From Octopus vulgaris (lineage: Eukaryota): a DNA stretch of 64,000 nt. The notes under the pieces are model-generated. The model had not been told where the DNA came from and made no database searches. It saw only the letters and a list, made by a program, of their open reading frames with translations. Shown one piece after another: positions 13,011 to 26,540 of the stretch (positions are counted from its first letter, which is position 1; every line of letters begins with the position of its first letter). Both the position numbers and the translations under genes were made by a program. The stretch lies in NCBI GenBank assembly GCA_951406725.2, contig OX597838.1, positions 35,526,001 to 35,590,000 of the forward strand. Reading direction: 5' to 3'.

Positions 13011-13160
13011 GCGGTTCGGCAAAAAGAGACCGATAGAATAAGTACTGGGCTTACAAAAAGAATAAGTCCCGGGGTCGAGTTGCTCGATTAAAGGTGGTGC
13101 TCCAGCATGGCCGCAGTCAAATGACTGAAACAAGTAAAAGAGTAAAAGAGTAAAGAGAGA
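13011..13160 (+). mobile_element. SINE family A, 3' fragment
   Basis: GCGGTTCGGCAAAAAGAGACC...CAAGTAAAAGAGTAAAAGAG. Confidence 0.88.
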
Positions 13161-13541
13161 GTATTATATCATTATTATTATTATTGTCACCTCTGTGAAA
13201 TAATTCTATATTTTGCAGCTGTTCATTTTTGCTAATAAGACAGACAAAACTTAAAAACACATGCTCTATGGCAAGACTTTTGTGTGTGCCAAATCAGAGC
13301 TTCTGTGTGTGTGTGTATAATTTATATATGTATGTCCATGCATATGTATGTATGTGTGTGGGTGTGTGTACACATATGTGTATATACATATATATATATA
13401 TATTTATATATGAGCATGTGCGTGTATCTGGGTATATATATCTATTTTTCATAAATATATTCTTGTATCAAATGCACATACACACAGAACCATGGACACA
13501 CACAGATATGCACTTATACATACATACATACCACATACATT

Positions 13542-13587
<46 letters not shown>

Positions 13588-13879
13588 TATCTATTACCTA
13601 CTTTCCTTAATTTCTTCCAACTTACTGGCATGCATGCTTACAGATACATATAGTCACTGATATATTTGCATAAGAAGTTGCATGTTTACACACACACACA
13701 CAAACACACACATATATACATATATGCACATATATATATATACATACATAGATACACAGTGATATATGTTTATATAAATGTGCATATACACACACACACA
13801 CGTAGACACACATATGCATAAACACTATTTTGTGGCAATTTGCAAATGTTAAAAAAAAAATCATTATTTCATTTGATTG

Positions 13880-13910
<31 letters not shown>

Positions 13911-14525
13911 ACACACACATATGTATGTATGAATATATAAACACACATTCACACACACATACACACGCATGTATGTATGAATATATAAACACACATTCAC
14001 ATACATATAAACATTTATATATATATATATATATGCATATAAACACACATATACAGATATATATACTTTTCTTTATTCATGATTAAATGTTTAGATGAAG
14101 AAATAATCAGATTTAAATTGAAACTTGTTAAACTCACAAGATACAAATGTTCACGTTACTATGGTGTGAGACAAAATTTGCTGTTGCTATGGTGTTAGAC
14201 ATGAAAATATATCTGTGTTTTTGTTGTTGTTGTTATTTATTTCCTCATAGTGTTGCAATCATTTTCTTTCATGCAATCATGATTGGAATGATTTCTGTTA
14301 ATTGGAATATATTAACATATTTAATCGTTTCGATGAGTGAATAAAGTCCATATCTGGACAGAGTTTGTTGTTGGATTAAAAATGGATGAGTCGAGTCGTA
14401 AGTCATTTTCATACTGCTCCAATTTGATATTTTGCTTTGTATCTATCTTGGAAGTCCTTGTGCCCCTCATTTGATGCCCCCGTGGCAAATAAAAGAAATC
14501 ATCATCATCATCATCATTATTATTA

Positions 14526-14729
14526 AAGCAGAAAGCTGGCAGAATCGTTAGCACATTGGGTGAAATGCTTAGCGTCATTTCATCTGCCTTAATGTTCTGA
14601 GTTCAAATTCTACTGAAGTCGACTTTGCCTTTTATCCTTTCGGGGTTGATAAATTAAGTACCGGTGAAACAGTGGGGTCAGTGTAATCGATTAATCCCTT
14701 CCTCCCAAATTTCAGTCCCTGTGCCTATG
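14526..14729 (+). mobile_element. SINE family B
   Basis: GCTGGCAGAATCGTTAGCAC head, GAGTTCAAATTC B-box, central block. Confidence 0.85.
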
Positions 14730-14734
14730 GATGT

Positions 14735-14959
14735 CTTAAATCCTTAAAATCCTTAAAAATGTTTTAGCCCGAAGGCCACGGCCATGCTGGGGCACCACCG
14801 CTGAGACAAACAACTTGCACATGCAAGTGCTACCAGTCAAAAATTCCGCACACCGGAAGCCAGCGAGTGTATGGGTTCATCAGGAGAGAATGCGTGCCGT
14901 TTCGGGGTCTACCTCTCAACGGCATCAATGCGCACTGGGCCCCGCTCACTGATATGAGG

Positions 14960-14960
<1 letters not shown>
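14735..14960 (-). mobile_element. Retroposon 3' end sharing the family A tail motif
   Basis: Minus strand ends GGTGCCCCAGCATGGCCGTGGCCTTCGGGCTAAAAC followed by a (TTTAAGGA)-like tandem tail. Confidence 0.55.
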
Positions 14961-14991
<31 letters not shown>

Positions 14992-15221
14992 AGCCGGCAG
15001 AATTTTTAGATGCTGGGTGAAATGCAAGATCATGGTTTCCGTTTCCAGATTGGCTGTGAGTTTTGTTCTTGAGCAAGACACTTCATTTCACATGGCTCCA
15101 GATCACTCAGCTGTAAGTGGGTAGGTAACTCTGCAACTGACTGGCAATCCATTCCGGTGGTATGGTAGCCTGCTTTCGCAGGTTTGTAGGGTTGATACAG
15201 TGACAGTAATATATATATATA

Positions 15222-15591
15222 TTTATGCAGGTGAAGATGTGTACGTTTTCATAGTGACGTATAACTACGCATGTGGGTCCGCGAGCGCACATGTGAGCGT
15301 ATGACTAGCCATGTTTACGTGTTTACTATGAACTTTTAATCTTAATTTATATAAGTAACAGAATTATAATACAGTAATTTCCCTTTATATAACGGTATTT
15401 TTTCATAGCGTTTTTCAGATGGCCAGATAACCGAAGAGATGGTGTTGTGGATTTCCACTTCGGCATCTGAAACTCAGAGTTTTATCTTGACTATTGAGTA
15501 ATTGTAACATATTATTTTATAGATAAATTTCCTCTATTTACATAATATTGAGGTCTCTTTCTTTCTTTTGTTATCTTACCGTTTTTACCAA
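15222..15591 (+). mobile_element. Penelope-like terminal fragment in (TA)n carrying a degenerate hammerhead
   Basis: 15410-15591 matches 59762-59933; (TA)n flanks; AGATAA-CCGAAGA...GAAAC-TCAGA-GTT-TTATCT. Confidence 0.6.
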
Positions 15592-15831
15592 TATATATGT
15601 ATATATATATATGTATGTATATATAGTAGAATAAGAAATAAAGAATTCTTGTTACAGTATTATATATTTGAGAAAATGAACCAGAAATGGCTGGCTTTTC
15701 TGAGAATTTTACCACTTTAATAATTAGGTGTTTGTAAGGCGTAAACTTATAAACATATTACTTTTAAAGTGGAAAAATTATCAGAGAAGCTATCTCTGTG
15801 TTTTAAATATATATATATATATATATATATA

Positions 15832-16257
15832 TAGGTGCAGGAGTGGCTGTGTGGTAACAAGCTTGCTTCCCAACCACAGAGGCCCAGTTTCAGCCCCACT
15901 GCATGGCAACTTGGGAAAATGTCTTCTACTATAGCCTAGGGCTAACCAAAGCCTTGTGAATGGATTTGGTAGATGGAAACTGAAAGAAGCCCGTCGTGTG
16001 TGTGTGTGTATATATATATATATATGTATATATATGTATATATATGTATTTGTGTGTCTGTGTTTGTCACCCCACCATTGCTTGACAACCAATGCTGGTA
16101 TGTTTATGTCTCCATAACTTTGCGGTTCAGTAAAAGAGACCAATGGAATAAGTACTAGGCCTACAAAGAATAAGTTCTGGGGTTGATTTGTTCAACTAAA
16201 GGTTGTGCTCCAGCATGGTCACAGTCAAATGACTGAAACAAGTAAAAGAAATAAAAG

Positions 16258-16260
<3 letters not shown>
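15832..16260 (+). mobile_element. SINE family A, older copy
   Basis: Diverged full-length match. Confidence 0.88.
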
Positions 16261-16288
<28 letters not shown>

Positions 16289-16304
16289 CTTTATATATAT
16301 ATCA

Positions 16305-16730
16305 GTGGCACATAAAAGGCACCTGTGATGGTGACATGTAATAGGCATCCTCTACACTCTTGGAGTTGATGGTGTTAGGAAGGGCATCCAGCTGTAGAAA
16401 CCTAGCCAAAATCAGAGTGGAACCTGGTACAACTCTCTGGCTTACCAGTTCCAGTTAAACCATCTAATCCATGCCATCATGGAAAAGAGATACCCTTTTA
16501 CTCTTGTACTTGTTTCAGTCATGTGACTGTGGCCATGCTGGAGCATCGCCTTTAGTCGAGCAAATCGATCCCAGGATTTATTCTTTGTAAGCCTAGTACT
16601 TATTCTAGGCTAATCTACTCACAAGGCTTTGGTCGGCCCAAGTAGAAGACACTTGCCCAAGGTGCCACGCAGTGGGACTGAACCCGGAACCATGTGGTTC
16701 GTAAGCAAGCTACTTACTACACAGCCACTC
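16305..16730. mobile_element. Family C fragment (+, about 16305-16490) followed by an internally deleted family A copy (-, about 16495-16730)
   Basis: Matches to the respective family motifs. Confidence 0.75.
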
Positions 16731-16825
16731 GACGATGATTCTAAAGCCTGAAAGCGACAAGTTTCTGTTGGAGACCTGTGAAACTTTTTGTCATATGGAA
16801 CTGAATCAAAATGTTATGAATAATG

Positions 16826-16859
<34 letters not shown>

Positions 16860-17224
16860 GCATGCATACATCCTATGTTTGGGTATATATGTAAAATGAT
16901 ATTAATTATGCAATCTATAAATATGAATGTATTTGTGTGAGAAGTGAGCGAGTGTATATTAAATATTATCTCTCTCAATCAATATCAATAATACTTATTG
17001 TCGGTTGCGTGATCATGCTAAAAATGCCATGCTACCTTATAAGGAAGTAATAAATATGTTACATGTAATTAATTGATACATAAACAGTATTATTGTTATT
17101 GATAACATACATTTATTGCAAATATGTGAATGAGGAATTTATATTATTTAATTTTAATTTGATATCTTAGTTTAAAAAAATAAATTTATTATTCATTTCA
17201 TTATTTTGTATAAGCACCATAATA

Positions 17225-17623
17225 TCTTTCTATATAAAAGTAAGGTTGTGTGCTGTCTGTCTTTTATGATTTAGATTCCTAACTACTCCCACATTTTACG
17301 GTGCAGTTTAACCAAAACCAGGTATCTTATAGTCGTGATTCATATCAAGCCCTTCTGGGTATTAGCGCGCGTCTACGATGAGTCTATGATTTTAAAAAAA
17401 TTTACCACCATTTTTTTCCATTTTAATGCATTTTTTTCGCTATTATATAAGGGAAGTAATTCTCTAAAAATGTCTACGATGAGTCAACGATTTAAAAAAA
17501 AATTTACCATAATTTTTTTCCCATTTTTAATGCATTTTTTTGCTATTTTTTGGCTATAACTCTAAAAATGCTTATATAGTTATTTCCCTTACAAACCTGA
17601 GCAACGCCGGGCGATACTGCTAG
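17225..17623 (+). mobile_element. Non-autonomous Helitron
   Basis: A|TC 5' end, subterminal CCTGAGCAACGCCGGG, CTAG|T 3' end, no TSD; same family as 50938-51243. Confidence 0.88.
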
Positions 17624-17676
17624 TTTGTAATAATAAAAAAAATCTATTATTATTATCATTATTATTTTATGTATGA

Positions 17677-17890
17677 AGGTAGCAAGCTGGCAGAATCGTT
17701 ACCAAGCTGGATGAAATGCTTAGCTGTATTTCACCTGTCGCTATGTCCTGAGTTCAAATTCTGTCAAGATCGACTTTGCCTTTCAGCCTTTTGGGGTTAA
17801 TAAATTAAGTACCAGTGAAACACTGGGGTTAATATAATTGACTAGTCCCCTTCCCCCAAAATTTCAATTGTGTCTATTGTTGAAAAGATT
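17677..17890 (+). mobile_element. SINE family B
   Basis: Match to family B. Confidence 0.8.
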
Positions 17891-17990
17891 ATTATTTTAT
17901 GCATGTAACATTATCTGATATTAGCCATTGTGGTTAAATAATATTCCCATTTGGTTTTTATATTTGTTTTAAAAGGTTCTTGACATTGTA

Positions 17991-18087
17991 TGCGTGGCAC
18001 CTTGGGCAAGTGTCTTCTACTATAGCCTTGGGCCGACCAAAGCCTTGTGAGTGGATTTGGTAGACGGAAACTGAAAGAAGCCCGTTG

Positions 18088-18153
<66 letters not shown>

Positions 18154-18371
18154 TGTTTGTGTGTCTGTGTTTGTCCCCCTAGCATTGCTTGACAACCGAT
18201 GCTGGTGTGTTTATGTCCTCGTTACTTAGCGGTTCGGCAAAAGAGACCGATAGAATAAGTACTGGGCTTACAAAAGAATAAGTCCCGAGGTCGAGTTGCT
18301 CGATTAAAGGCGGTGCTCCAGCATGGCCGCAGTCAGATGACTGAAACAAGTAAAAGAGTAAAAGAGAGAGA
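17991..18371 (+). mobile_element. SINE family A, 5'-truncated
   Basis: Starts at TGCGTGGCACCTTGGGCAAG. Confidence 0.9.
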
Positions 18372-18805
18372 GTCATTTTACCAGTGTGTGTTTTTTGATT
18401 CTTATTGGCAAAATGACCTTCCCAAAATACAACAACATACAAATGCCCATTGTCTGAAGGACAACACTTGATTTATAATGATTATAAAGATGTCTGTTTT
18501 GCAGTCATGTGGCTTTGGGTTCAGTCTCACTGCACAAAACCTTGGGCAAGTGTCCTCTCCTCTAGCGCCAAGCTGATCAATGTCTCGTAAGTGAATCTCA
18601 TCATCATCATCATCATCGTTTAGCGTCCGCTTTCCATGCTAGCATGGGTTGGACGGTTGATGGAAACTGTATGGAGTCCTTTTGTATATTAATATTTATG
18701 TATGTGTGTATCTTTATGTTTGTTCACCACTACTGTGACAACTGCTGTTAGTTTGTTTAACTCATTATTACTTAGCAGTTCAGCAAAGAAGACTGACAGA
18801 ATAAG

Positions 18806-19110
18806 CATCATCATCATCATTGTTTAGCGTCCGCTTTCCATGTTAGCATGGGTTGGACGGTTCAACTGGAGTCTGGGAAGCCAGAAGGCGTCACCAGGCC
18901 CAGTCTGATCTGGCAGTGTTTTTACACTGGATGCCCTTCGTAACGCCAACCACTCCGTGAGTGTAGTGGGTGCTTTTTACGTGCCAGGCGAGGCTGGCAA
19001 ACAGCCACGAATGGATGGTGCTTTTTACGTGCCACCGGCACGAGGCCAGTCGGGGCAGCACTGGCAACGGCCATGTTTGGATGGTTCTCTTATGTGCCAC
19101 CGGCACTGGT
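18806..19110 (-). mobile_element. Retroposon family C
   Basis: (CAT)n tail on plus strand, CTGGATGCCCTTC, repeated GGTGCTTTTTACGTGCCA units. Confidence 0.85.
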
Positions 19111-19629
19111 ATATAACTACTGGGGTCAATTTGTTTGACTAAACACTTCAAGGGGGTGCCCCAGCCTGGCAGCGATCCAAAAACTGCAATGAATAAAAGA
19201 CAAATCAAAAATTTAAATTGAAAGTCTGGTTCATTAGGCTTCTGAGAATTTTGGTAACTGCAACTACTGGATTCCTCTCTGACTAGGATGCCAGCCCATT
19301 GTCACAATATTAACCCCCAGCTGTTGCTGGTACTGGTGTTCATCTGAGTTGATTGGTGCAATATGAAATGAAGAGCCTTGCTTAAAAGTGAAACATGCTG
19401 CCCAGTACAGGAATCAAACCCATGACCTTGTAATCATGAGTCCAGCACCCTAACCACTAAGCTACGAGCCTAGTAAACATATCCTTAGAATATAGTTATC
19501 ACTAGGCCATGCAGCTGGTAAGATTTTCTTTTAGATGATAGTTCTTGTTTCAGTCATCCTACGGCAGTGTGCCAGGGCACCACACTGAGGGGTTATAGTT
19601 AAACATATTGATTCCGATTCTTATTTATT

Positions 19630-19990
19630 ATAATAATAATAATAATAATAATATAATAATGAAATTATTGTTTACAGTGCTCAGGTGCACCACAACTTGT
19701 CAGAAAGTGCATATAAAGTATATGCAGTAATGTACAAATGTCTGGGAAGTGAACAGTGTATGAGTCAGATACATGCTTGTGTGTGTATGGAGGGGAGAAA
19801 ATCAGGTGTAGTGTTGGCGAATCTCAGAAAGCATGGAAGTTTTGAAGGATGCAGTGCTCCGACAACTAACAATTGATGCTGGCAGTTTGTTCCATGCTTC
19901 AGCAACTCTCAGCATGAAAAAAATGTTTCCTAAAGTCATGGGAGCTGTGCTGTTTTCTGACTTTGTAAACATGTCCACGGGTGTTAGACG
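19630..19990 (-). mobile_element. CR1-like LINE 3' end
   Basis: Reverse complement of 57045-57358 (NTRGHVYKV...LRVAEAWNKLP), with (TTA)n tail. Confidence 0.85.
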
Positions 19991-20518
19991 GGTACTTATT
20001 CTATTGGTATCTTTTGCTGAACTGTTAGGTTATAGGGATGTAAACAAACCAACTCCAGTTGTCAAGCAGTAGTGGCAGACGAAAATACACACCCACACAC
20101 ACACACATGCATCCCAGGCTTCTTTGTTTTCATCTACCAAATCCACTTACAAGGCTTTGGTTGGCCCAAGCTGATACTTGCCGATAGACTTGCCCAAGGT
20201 ATCGCACAGGGATTGAACACAAGACCATTGGTTTGCAAGCTTCTTAACTGTTTAACCACACCTGAATCTACGAAGAGGTTATTTTTTGCATTTTTACAAT
20301 ATTCTCCTACTTGTTTAACATCAGACTAGTCCTGTTTGAACGAACTTATAATAAGAGTCATTCCAGTTATGACTGTCCCATCTTTTCCTTTTTTCTTAAA
20401 CTGTGCTCCAGCATAGCCTGAGCTGTGATAACTAAACACAAAGAAATAGAAATTAAAAAAAAAAAAACCAAAGCATGGACTTTGTTATCTGATCTGCTTT
20501 CTTGCCTTTATAATATAA

Positions 20519-21193
20519 CTAGCTTGAGGTGACCCGCTCTACGTGCGGGTAGGAGCGTGGTATGTATATAAATGTATACAAATTATATATATAAAAATGT
20601 ATAAAAATTATATATATATCAATACAGATATATACACTTTGTATATATACATTATATATACATATTTATATATAGAACACATACACATATATAAATTAAC
20701 CCAATAAATATCTGATTCATAATATTTGTTCTCATGATTGTGTGGTAGTGGTGGCGATGATAATTCTCTCTATGAATGCAGACAGATGTAGAGAGAGTGT
20801 GTGAAAGCGCTGTCGAAGGCAGCGGGGGATAGGACGCTGTGAAACAACGTTATAGAGAGAAAGTGAAGGTAAGGGAGGTAGACGCTGTGAAATATCATAG
20901 ATAGAAAGTGAAAGGAAGGGAGGAAAGAGAGTGAGTGATGGAGGAAGACAGATATATAAAAGAATGAGAGTAGACTTGTCAAAGTACGTTTTTGGCCCTA
21001 GCAACGACACCTTTTAAGATGGGGATTTCTAACCTAGCCCACTCGCATCCACATCTCATTTTACATGTCCCTGTAAATTTTGGAGTCAATCCGACGGGAT
21101 CTAGTGGCCTTTAACCCGTTCTCAATGCCAAAACCAGACAAACAGACAAACAAACAAACAAACTTTTCGCATTTCAGAATTATAATATAGAGA
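20519..21193 (-). mobile_element. Non-autonomous Helitron/Helentron-like element
   Basis: Minus strand starts TCTCTATATTATAA, has a (GTTT/GTCT)n microsatellite near the 5' end and ends ACCCGCACGTAGAGCGGGT hairpin + CTAG|T. Confidence 0.75.
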
Positions 21194-21718
21194 ACACAGG
21201 ATGTGTATTTTTGAAATCAGATTTAGTTGTTATTTCTAGCATCTGAAGTATCCATGAAGAGGCTCTTATATTGAATATGTTATTTATACGTTGTTTTAAC
21301 AAGAGCCTTTGGCACAGAATTTCATATTTCATGTCTCATCTCATTTGTTTTATATATTTATTTATGGGTTTTTTTCGTCTTTATTTTTTACAGAATTAAT
21401 TCCCTGTTTGGCTAGGTGAGTGAAAAGAAATTTTCTTACTATAAATATTCGTTAAATGATATTTGCATTTCGTTTTCTTTTGTTTTTGGAAAACTAATAA
21501 ATATTTGTTACTGAACAATGTTTAGTGGGCTAAAATAAACAAAGAAACCAAAAGATAATAAAAAAAAGAAAGAATTACAAAATGAAAAAAAAAAAAAACC
21601 AAATATGTAGATAACTAAAGGTACTATCATGCTACTAATTTTCACAGGTAAGTTGTGATTAGCTGAAATCATTTGATGTGCTTTTATGAATGTAAGTGTA
21701 ATATGTGTATTTGTATGT

Positions 21719-21803
21719 AAAGTAATCTCTCGACTATTGCGGGTGTTACCTTCCAAGACCCACCATGAGAGGAGAAAATCCGTCAAGTAGAAACAGTACT
21801 GTA
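21719..21803 (+). mobile_element. Tigger/pogo-like MITE end, fragment
   Basis: TAAAGTAATCTCTCGACTATTGCGGGTGTTACCTTCCAAGACCC resembles a TA-CAGTAATCCCTCG Tigger-type terminus. Confidence 0.45.
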
Positions 21804-22116
21804 CTCTCTTTACTCTTTACTCTTTTGATGATGATGAACTATATTATCTAATTTGTCCTCGCCTGGAATATTTTGGCTGCTCTTTCCAGTAAGTTGATTT
21901 GGTCACACAGTGAATCCTCGGTTCAAGGCAACCTTGTAGGCATGACTTTTGTTGTTGGTAGACCATTGCTTATTCTTGTACTGAATATCTGAATGCAAGA
22001 ATTAGTAGAACAGAGGGCCCATTTATTGTGACTATATATGTGCATATGTGCCTCTGTATGTGTGCCTGTGTGAGTGTTTGTGTGTACATACATATATATA
22101 CACACATGCACACACT

Positions 22117-22151
<35 letters not shown>

Positions 22152-22215
22152 TACTCTACCACTGGTATTTGAGTACTCTTTTTTCCACCTTGTTTCACAT
22201 TTATGTGTTTACTCC

Positions 22216-22260
<45 letters not shown>

Positions 22261-22914
22261 GTTTATAAAATACATTATGATTTTCTGCTTCACAATCATT
22301 TCTTTTGATTTAAAAAAAAATTGTATTCGTTCGTCTTTTGATGTTAGTATGGAGAAGATAAATGGACATTATTAGCAATTTTGTTGCTGCAATAGTTTTT
22401 ACAGCTGGATTCCCTTCTTACTCGCTAATACCCCAACTTTGAAGTAAGAACAGTTCACAAGTAGAATAAATTGGTTTGCTGGTTTTGGCAGCTGTATCCT
22501 TTGTCCGAAGAAGAATATTGTCCGAAATTGTTACACATTTTATTATTATTTTTTTCCCCCCTCTTTCTCGCATCAAATCAATTTATTTGACTTTCGAATT
22601 GTTTATATACTCACTAATTCTTGATGCAGCGGCCCTTTACACCCGCATATCCTTGAAGATAAGTTGTAATATTTTAACCAAAGGGGGGAAACAAAAAGAG
22701 ACATGAGAGCAAAACTCCATATAACTTGTTTACTGAACCATGCTCTGGGTTTGAAATTAGCTGCATGCATTAAAAGCGTACTCATGAATGCCTACAAGCA
22801 CACGTGTGCATGCATATGTACAGACATGCAATAAACATGCACACTCATACTAGCAGAGGCTTCGGTATGTAAAGCAGGCTGGTTATGTCACTACTAGGTT
22901 TGTACTCTTCACTC

Positions 22915-23152
22915 TCCCTTTTACTTGTTTCAGTCATTTGACTGTGGCCATGCTGGAGCACCGCCTTTAGTCGAGCAACTCGACCCTTTGTAAGCTCATT
23001 ACTTGACAACCGATGTTGGTGTGTTTATGTCCCCATGACTTACTGGTTTCACAAAAGAGACCAACAGAATAAGTAGTAGGTTTACAAAGAATAAGTCCTA
23101 GGGTCAATTTCTTCAACTGAAAACCCTTTAAGGTGGTGCTCCAGCATGGCCT

Positions 23153-23186
<34 letters not shown>

Positions 23187-23870
23187 CTCTTTTACTCTTT
23201 TACTTGTTTCAGTCATTTGACTGCGGCCAAGCTGGAGCACCGCCTTTAGTCGAGCAAATCGACCCCGGGACTCATTCTTTTGTAAGCCCAGTACTTATCC
23301 TATCGGTCTCTTTTGCTGAACCACTAAGTTATGGGCACATAAACATACCAACATCGGTTGTCAAGCGTTGTTGGGGGGGGGGGACAAACACACACACACA
23401 CACAAAACAGCTTTCTTTCAGTTTCCGTCTACCAAATCCACTCACAAGGCTTTAGTTGGCAAAAGGCTATAGTAGAAGACACTTGCTCAAGACGCCATGC
23501 TGTCAGACTGTGGCCAAGCTGGGGCACTGCCTTCAAGGGTTTAGTAGCCAAACAAATCAACCCTAGTACATATTTTTTTCCATTTTTTTGTAAAGTCTGG
23601 TACTTATTCTTCAGTCTCTTTTGCTGATGTTCTAGGTTACAGGAACATAATCAAACCAACACTGGTTCCCAATCGGTGTGGGGGAATAAACACAAATGTA
23701 GAAACACACATGCACATATACCCAATGGGCTTCCACACAGTTTCTGTCTACTAGATTCACTCAAAAGGCACTGATCAGCTCGGGGCTATAGAAAAGGATA
23801 CTTGCCCAAGGTACCATGCAGTGGGATTGAACCCAATACTATGTCGTCGCAAAGCAAACTTCTTAACCAC
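22915..23870. mobile_element. Cluster of fragmented family A SINEs in both orientations
   Basis: Tail fragment (-) 22915-22990, 3' half (+) 23003-23151, copies (-) 23185-23500 and 23505-23870. Confidence 0.8.
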
Positions 23871-23971
23871 ACACACACACACACAAGAGGTAAAGGGATT
23901 ACTAAATTCAGGTCGGTATGTAGAAAGCACTCAGTGTTAAGTGAAATTGGTTTACTATATCAAACTTGGAT

Positions 23972-24390
23972 TGGCGCAGGAGTGGCTTTGTGGTAAGTAG
24001 CTTGCTAACCAACCACATGGTTCCAGGTTCAGTCCCACTGCGTGGCACCTTGGGCAAGTATCTTCTACTATAGCCTCGGGCCGACCAAAGCCTTGTGAGT
24101 GGATTTGGTAGACGGAAACTGAAAGAAGCCTGTTGTATATATGTATATATATATATATATGTGTATGTGTGTGTGTTTGTGTGTCTGTGTTTGTCCCCCT
24201 AGCATTGCTTGACAATCGGTGCTGGTGTGTTTATGTCCCCGTCACTTAGTGGTTTGGCAAAAGAGACCGATAGAATAAGTACTGGGCTTACAAAGAATAA
24301 GTCCCGGGGTCGAGTTCCTCGACTAAAGGTGGTGCTCCAGCATGGCCGCAGTCAAATGACTGAAACAAGTAAAAGAGAGTAAAAGAGAGA
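23972..24390 (+). mobile_element. SINE family A
   Basis: Full-length match. Confidence 0.92.
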
Positions 24391-24754
24391 TACCAATAAA
24401 TTCAAACAGAAGTAATACACACACACACACATACTTATATACCTTCCACATTTGCAAAACATATGTACAGTTCTCTATTGGCTGGCTGTAATACTAATGC
24501 CAATTAGATGTTGCATATATTTATATTCAATCAAGCAGAAGTGATGCTGTTTGTAGCATAGATCAGGAGAACACATTTCTTGCCTGTATTGGCAAATAAT
24601 TGGAGGTATTTCAGCCGTTCTTTTAAAAATAATACTACTTTTGAAACTGCAGACAATATTCGGAAAAAGCAACATGCTTCAACATTTCATCCATTCAAGA
24701 TGAATGGATGAGGTGATTCATCTGCAGCTCTAGCGCTTCTTAGAGTTATCCTCA

Positions 24755-25089
24755 TATATATATAGGAGCACTCCGTCGGTTACGACGATGAGGGTCCCAG
24801 CTGATACGATCAACGGAACAGCTTGCTCGTGAAATTAACGTGTAAGTGGCTGAGCACTCCACAGACACGTGTACCCTTAACGTAGTTCTCAGGGAGATTC
24901 AGCGTGACACAGAGTGTGACAAGGCTGGCCCTTTGAAATACAGGTACAACTCATTTTTGCCAGCTGAGTGGACTGGAGCAACGTGAAATAAACTATCTTG
25001 CTCAAGGACACAACTCATTGCCGGGAATCGAACTCATGGCCTTACAATCGTCAGTTGAATGCCCTAACCACTAAGCCACGCGCCTTCAC
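24755..25089 (-). mobile_element. tRNA-derived CORE-like SINE (family D)
   Basis: Minus-strand head TGGCTTAGTGG...GAGTTCGATTCCC, CCTTGAGCAAG block, (TA)n tail; 12-bp TSD GAGTTATCCTCA (24743-24754 and 25090-25101); related copy at 60593-60972. Confidence 0.88.
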
Positions 25090-25581
25090 GAGTTATCCTC
25101 AGGTGCTTGAGGTAACCAATAACAACACCAGCAGCAGCAGCCTTCATTTCCTATCTTCTGTGTAAACATGTCTGACTACAGGGAAATATTTCCTTGCTTG
25201 GAAAATGAAGGTAGTTGGACACTCATGGATGGTTTACTTGGTTTCCATGTTGTATAAGTGACCGAGAGCAAAGCAATGCCCCTGACCAGAAGGCCATTCC
25301 ATCACAGGGTTACCAAGGTTACTCATTTACAGCTGAGTGGACTGGAGCAATACGAGCAACACTTCCTGGTCCAGGGATCGAAACCAGGATCTTGCAGGGG
25401 TTGTGAGTGCAACATTTTAATCACTTGGCCCCTTGCCTTCAAATATGTGTGTGTGTGTGTGTGTGTATCTTTGTTTTGACATCATTGTTGTAAATGAGCA
25501 TCATTGCCATACAGTTGTTGTTATTGTCGTCGTCCTCCTCCTTCTCCATTCCCTTTCCTTCTGGAAAAAAATGTCTGGCCA

Positions 25582-26000
25582 TAGGCACAAGTGTGGCTGT
25601 GTAGTAAGAAGTTTGCTTTCCAACTGCATAATTCCTGGTTCAGTCCCACTGCCTGGCACTTTGGGAAAGTGTCTTCTACCATAGCCTCGGACTGACCAAA
25701 GCCTTGTGAATGGATTTGGCAGACGGAAACTGAACAAAGCCCATCGTATGTATATGTGTGTGAGTGTGTCTTTGTACCTGTATTTGCCCTCCCCCACCAC
25801 CACCACCACTGGTTGACCACTGGTGTTGGTGTGTTTACGTCCCTGTAACTTAATAGTTTGGCAATAGAGAACAATAGAATAAGTACCAGGCTTAACAAAA
25901 AGTAAGTACTGGTGTCAATTTATTTAACTGAAAATTCTTCAAGGCAGTGCTCCTGTATGGCCACACTCTAATGACTGAAACAAATAAAAGATACGATAAA
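25582..26000 (+). mobile_element. SINE family A, older copy
   Basis: Diverged full-length match. Confidence 0.85.
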
Positions 26001-26135
26001 AGATAGGGAAATATTGCCTTACCTACAAACAGGTAAGTGTCGGTGACAGGAAGGGCACCTGGTCATAGAATGTCTGCATTAATGAATTCTGTGAAACTCA
26101 GGCAAACATAGGAAAATGGACATTAAAATGATGAT

Positions 26136-26290
26136 AGGCTGTGTGGTAAGTAGCTTGCTTACCAACCACATGGTTCCAGGTTCAGTCCCACTGCGTGGCA
26201 TCTTGGGTAAGTGTCTTCTGCTATAGCCCCGGGCCGACCAATGCCTTGTGAGTGGATTTGGTAGACGGAAACTGAAAGAAGCCCGTCGTA

Positions 26291-26339
<49 letters not shown>

Positions 26340-26540
26340 TTGTGTGTGTCCCCCTAGCATTGCTTGACAACCGATGCTGGTGTGTTTACGTACCCGTCAC
26401 TTAGCGGTTCAGCAAAAGAGACCGATAGAATAAGTACTGGGCTTCCAAAGAATAAGTCCCGGGGTTGATTTGCTCGACTAAAGGCGGTGCCCCAGCATGG
26501 CCGCAGTCAAATGACTGAAACAAGTGGAAGAGTAAAGAGT
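26136..26540 (+). mobile_element. SINE family A
   Basis: Near full-length match. Confidence 0.92.

Noticed and set aside
14870-14910. Minus-strand GAAAC...CTGATGA suggesting a hammerhead
   Set aside because: Order and spacing leave no room for stems I and III, and there is no downstream GAAA
24440-24742. Unique-looking segment with a 66-aa ORF
   Set aside because: No recognisable motif or splice signals in the frames I examined
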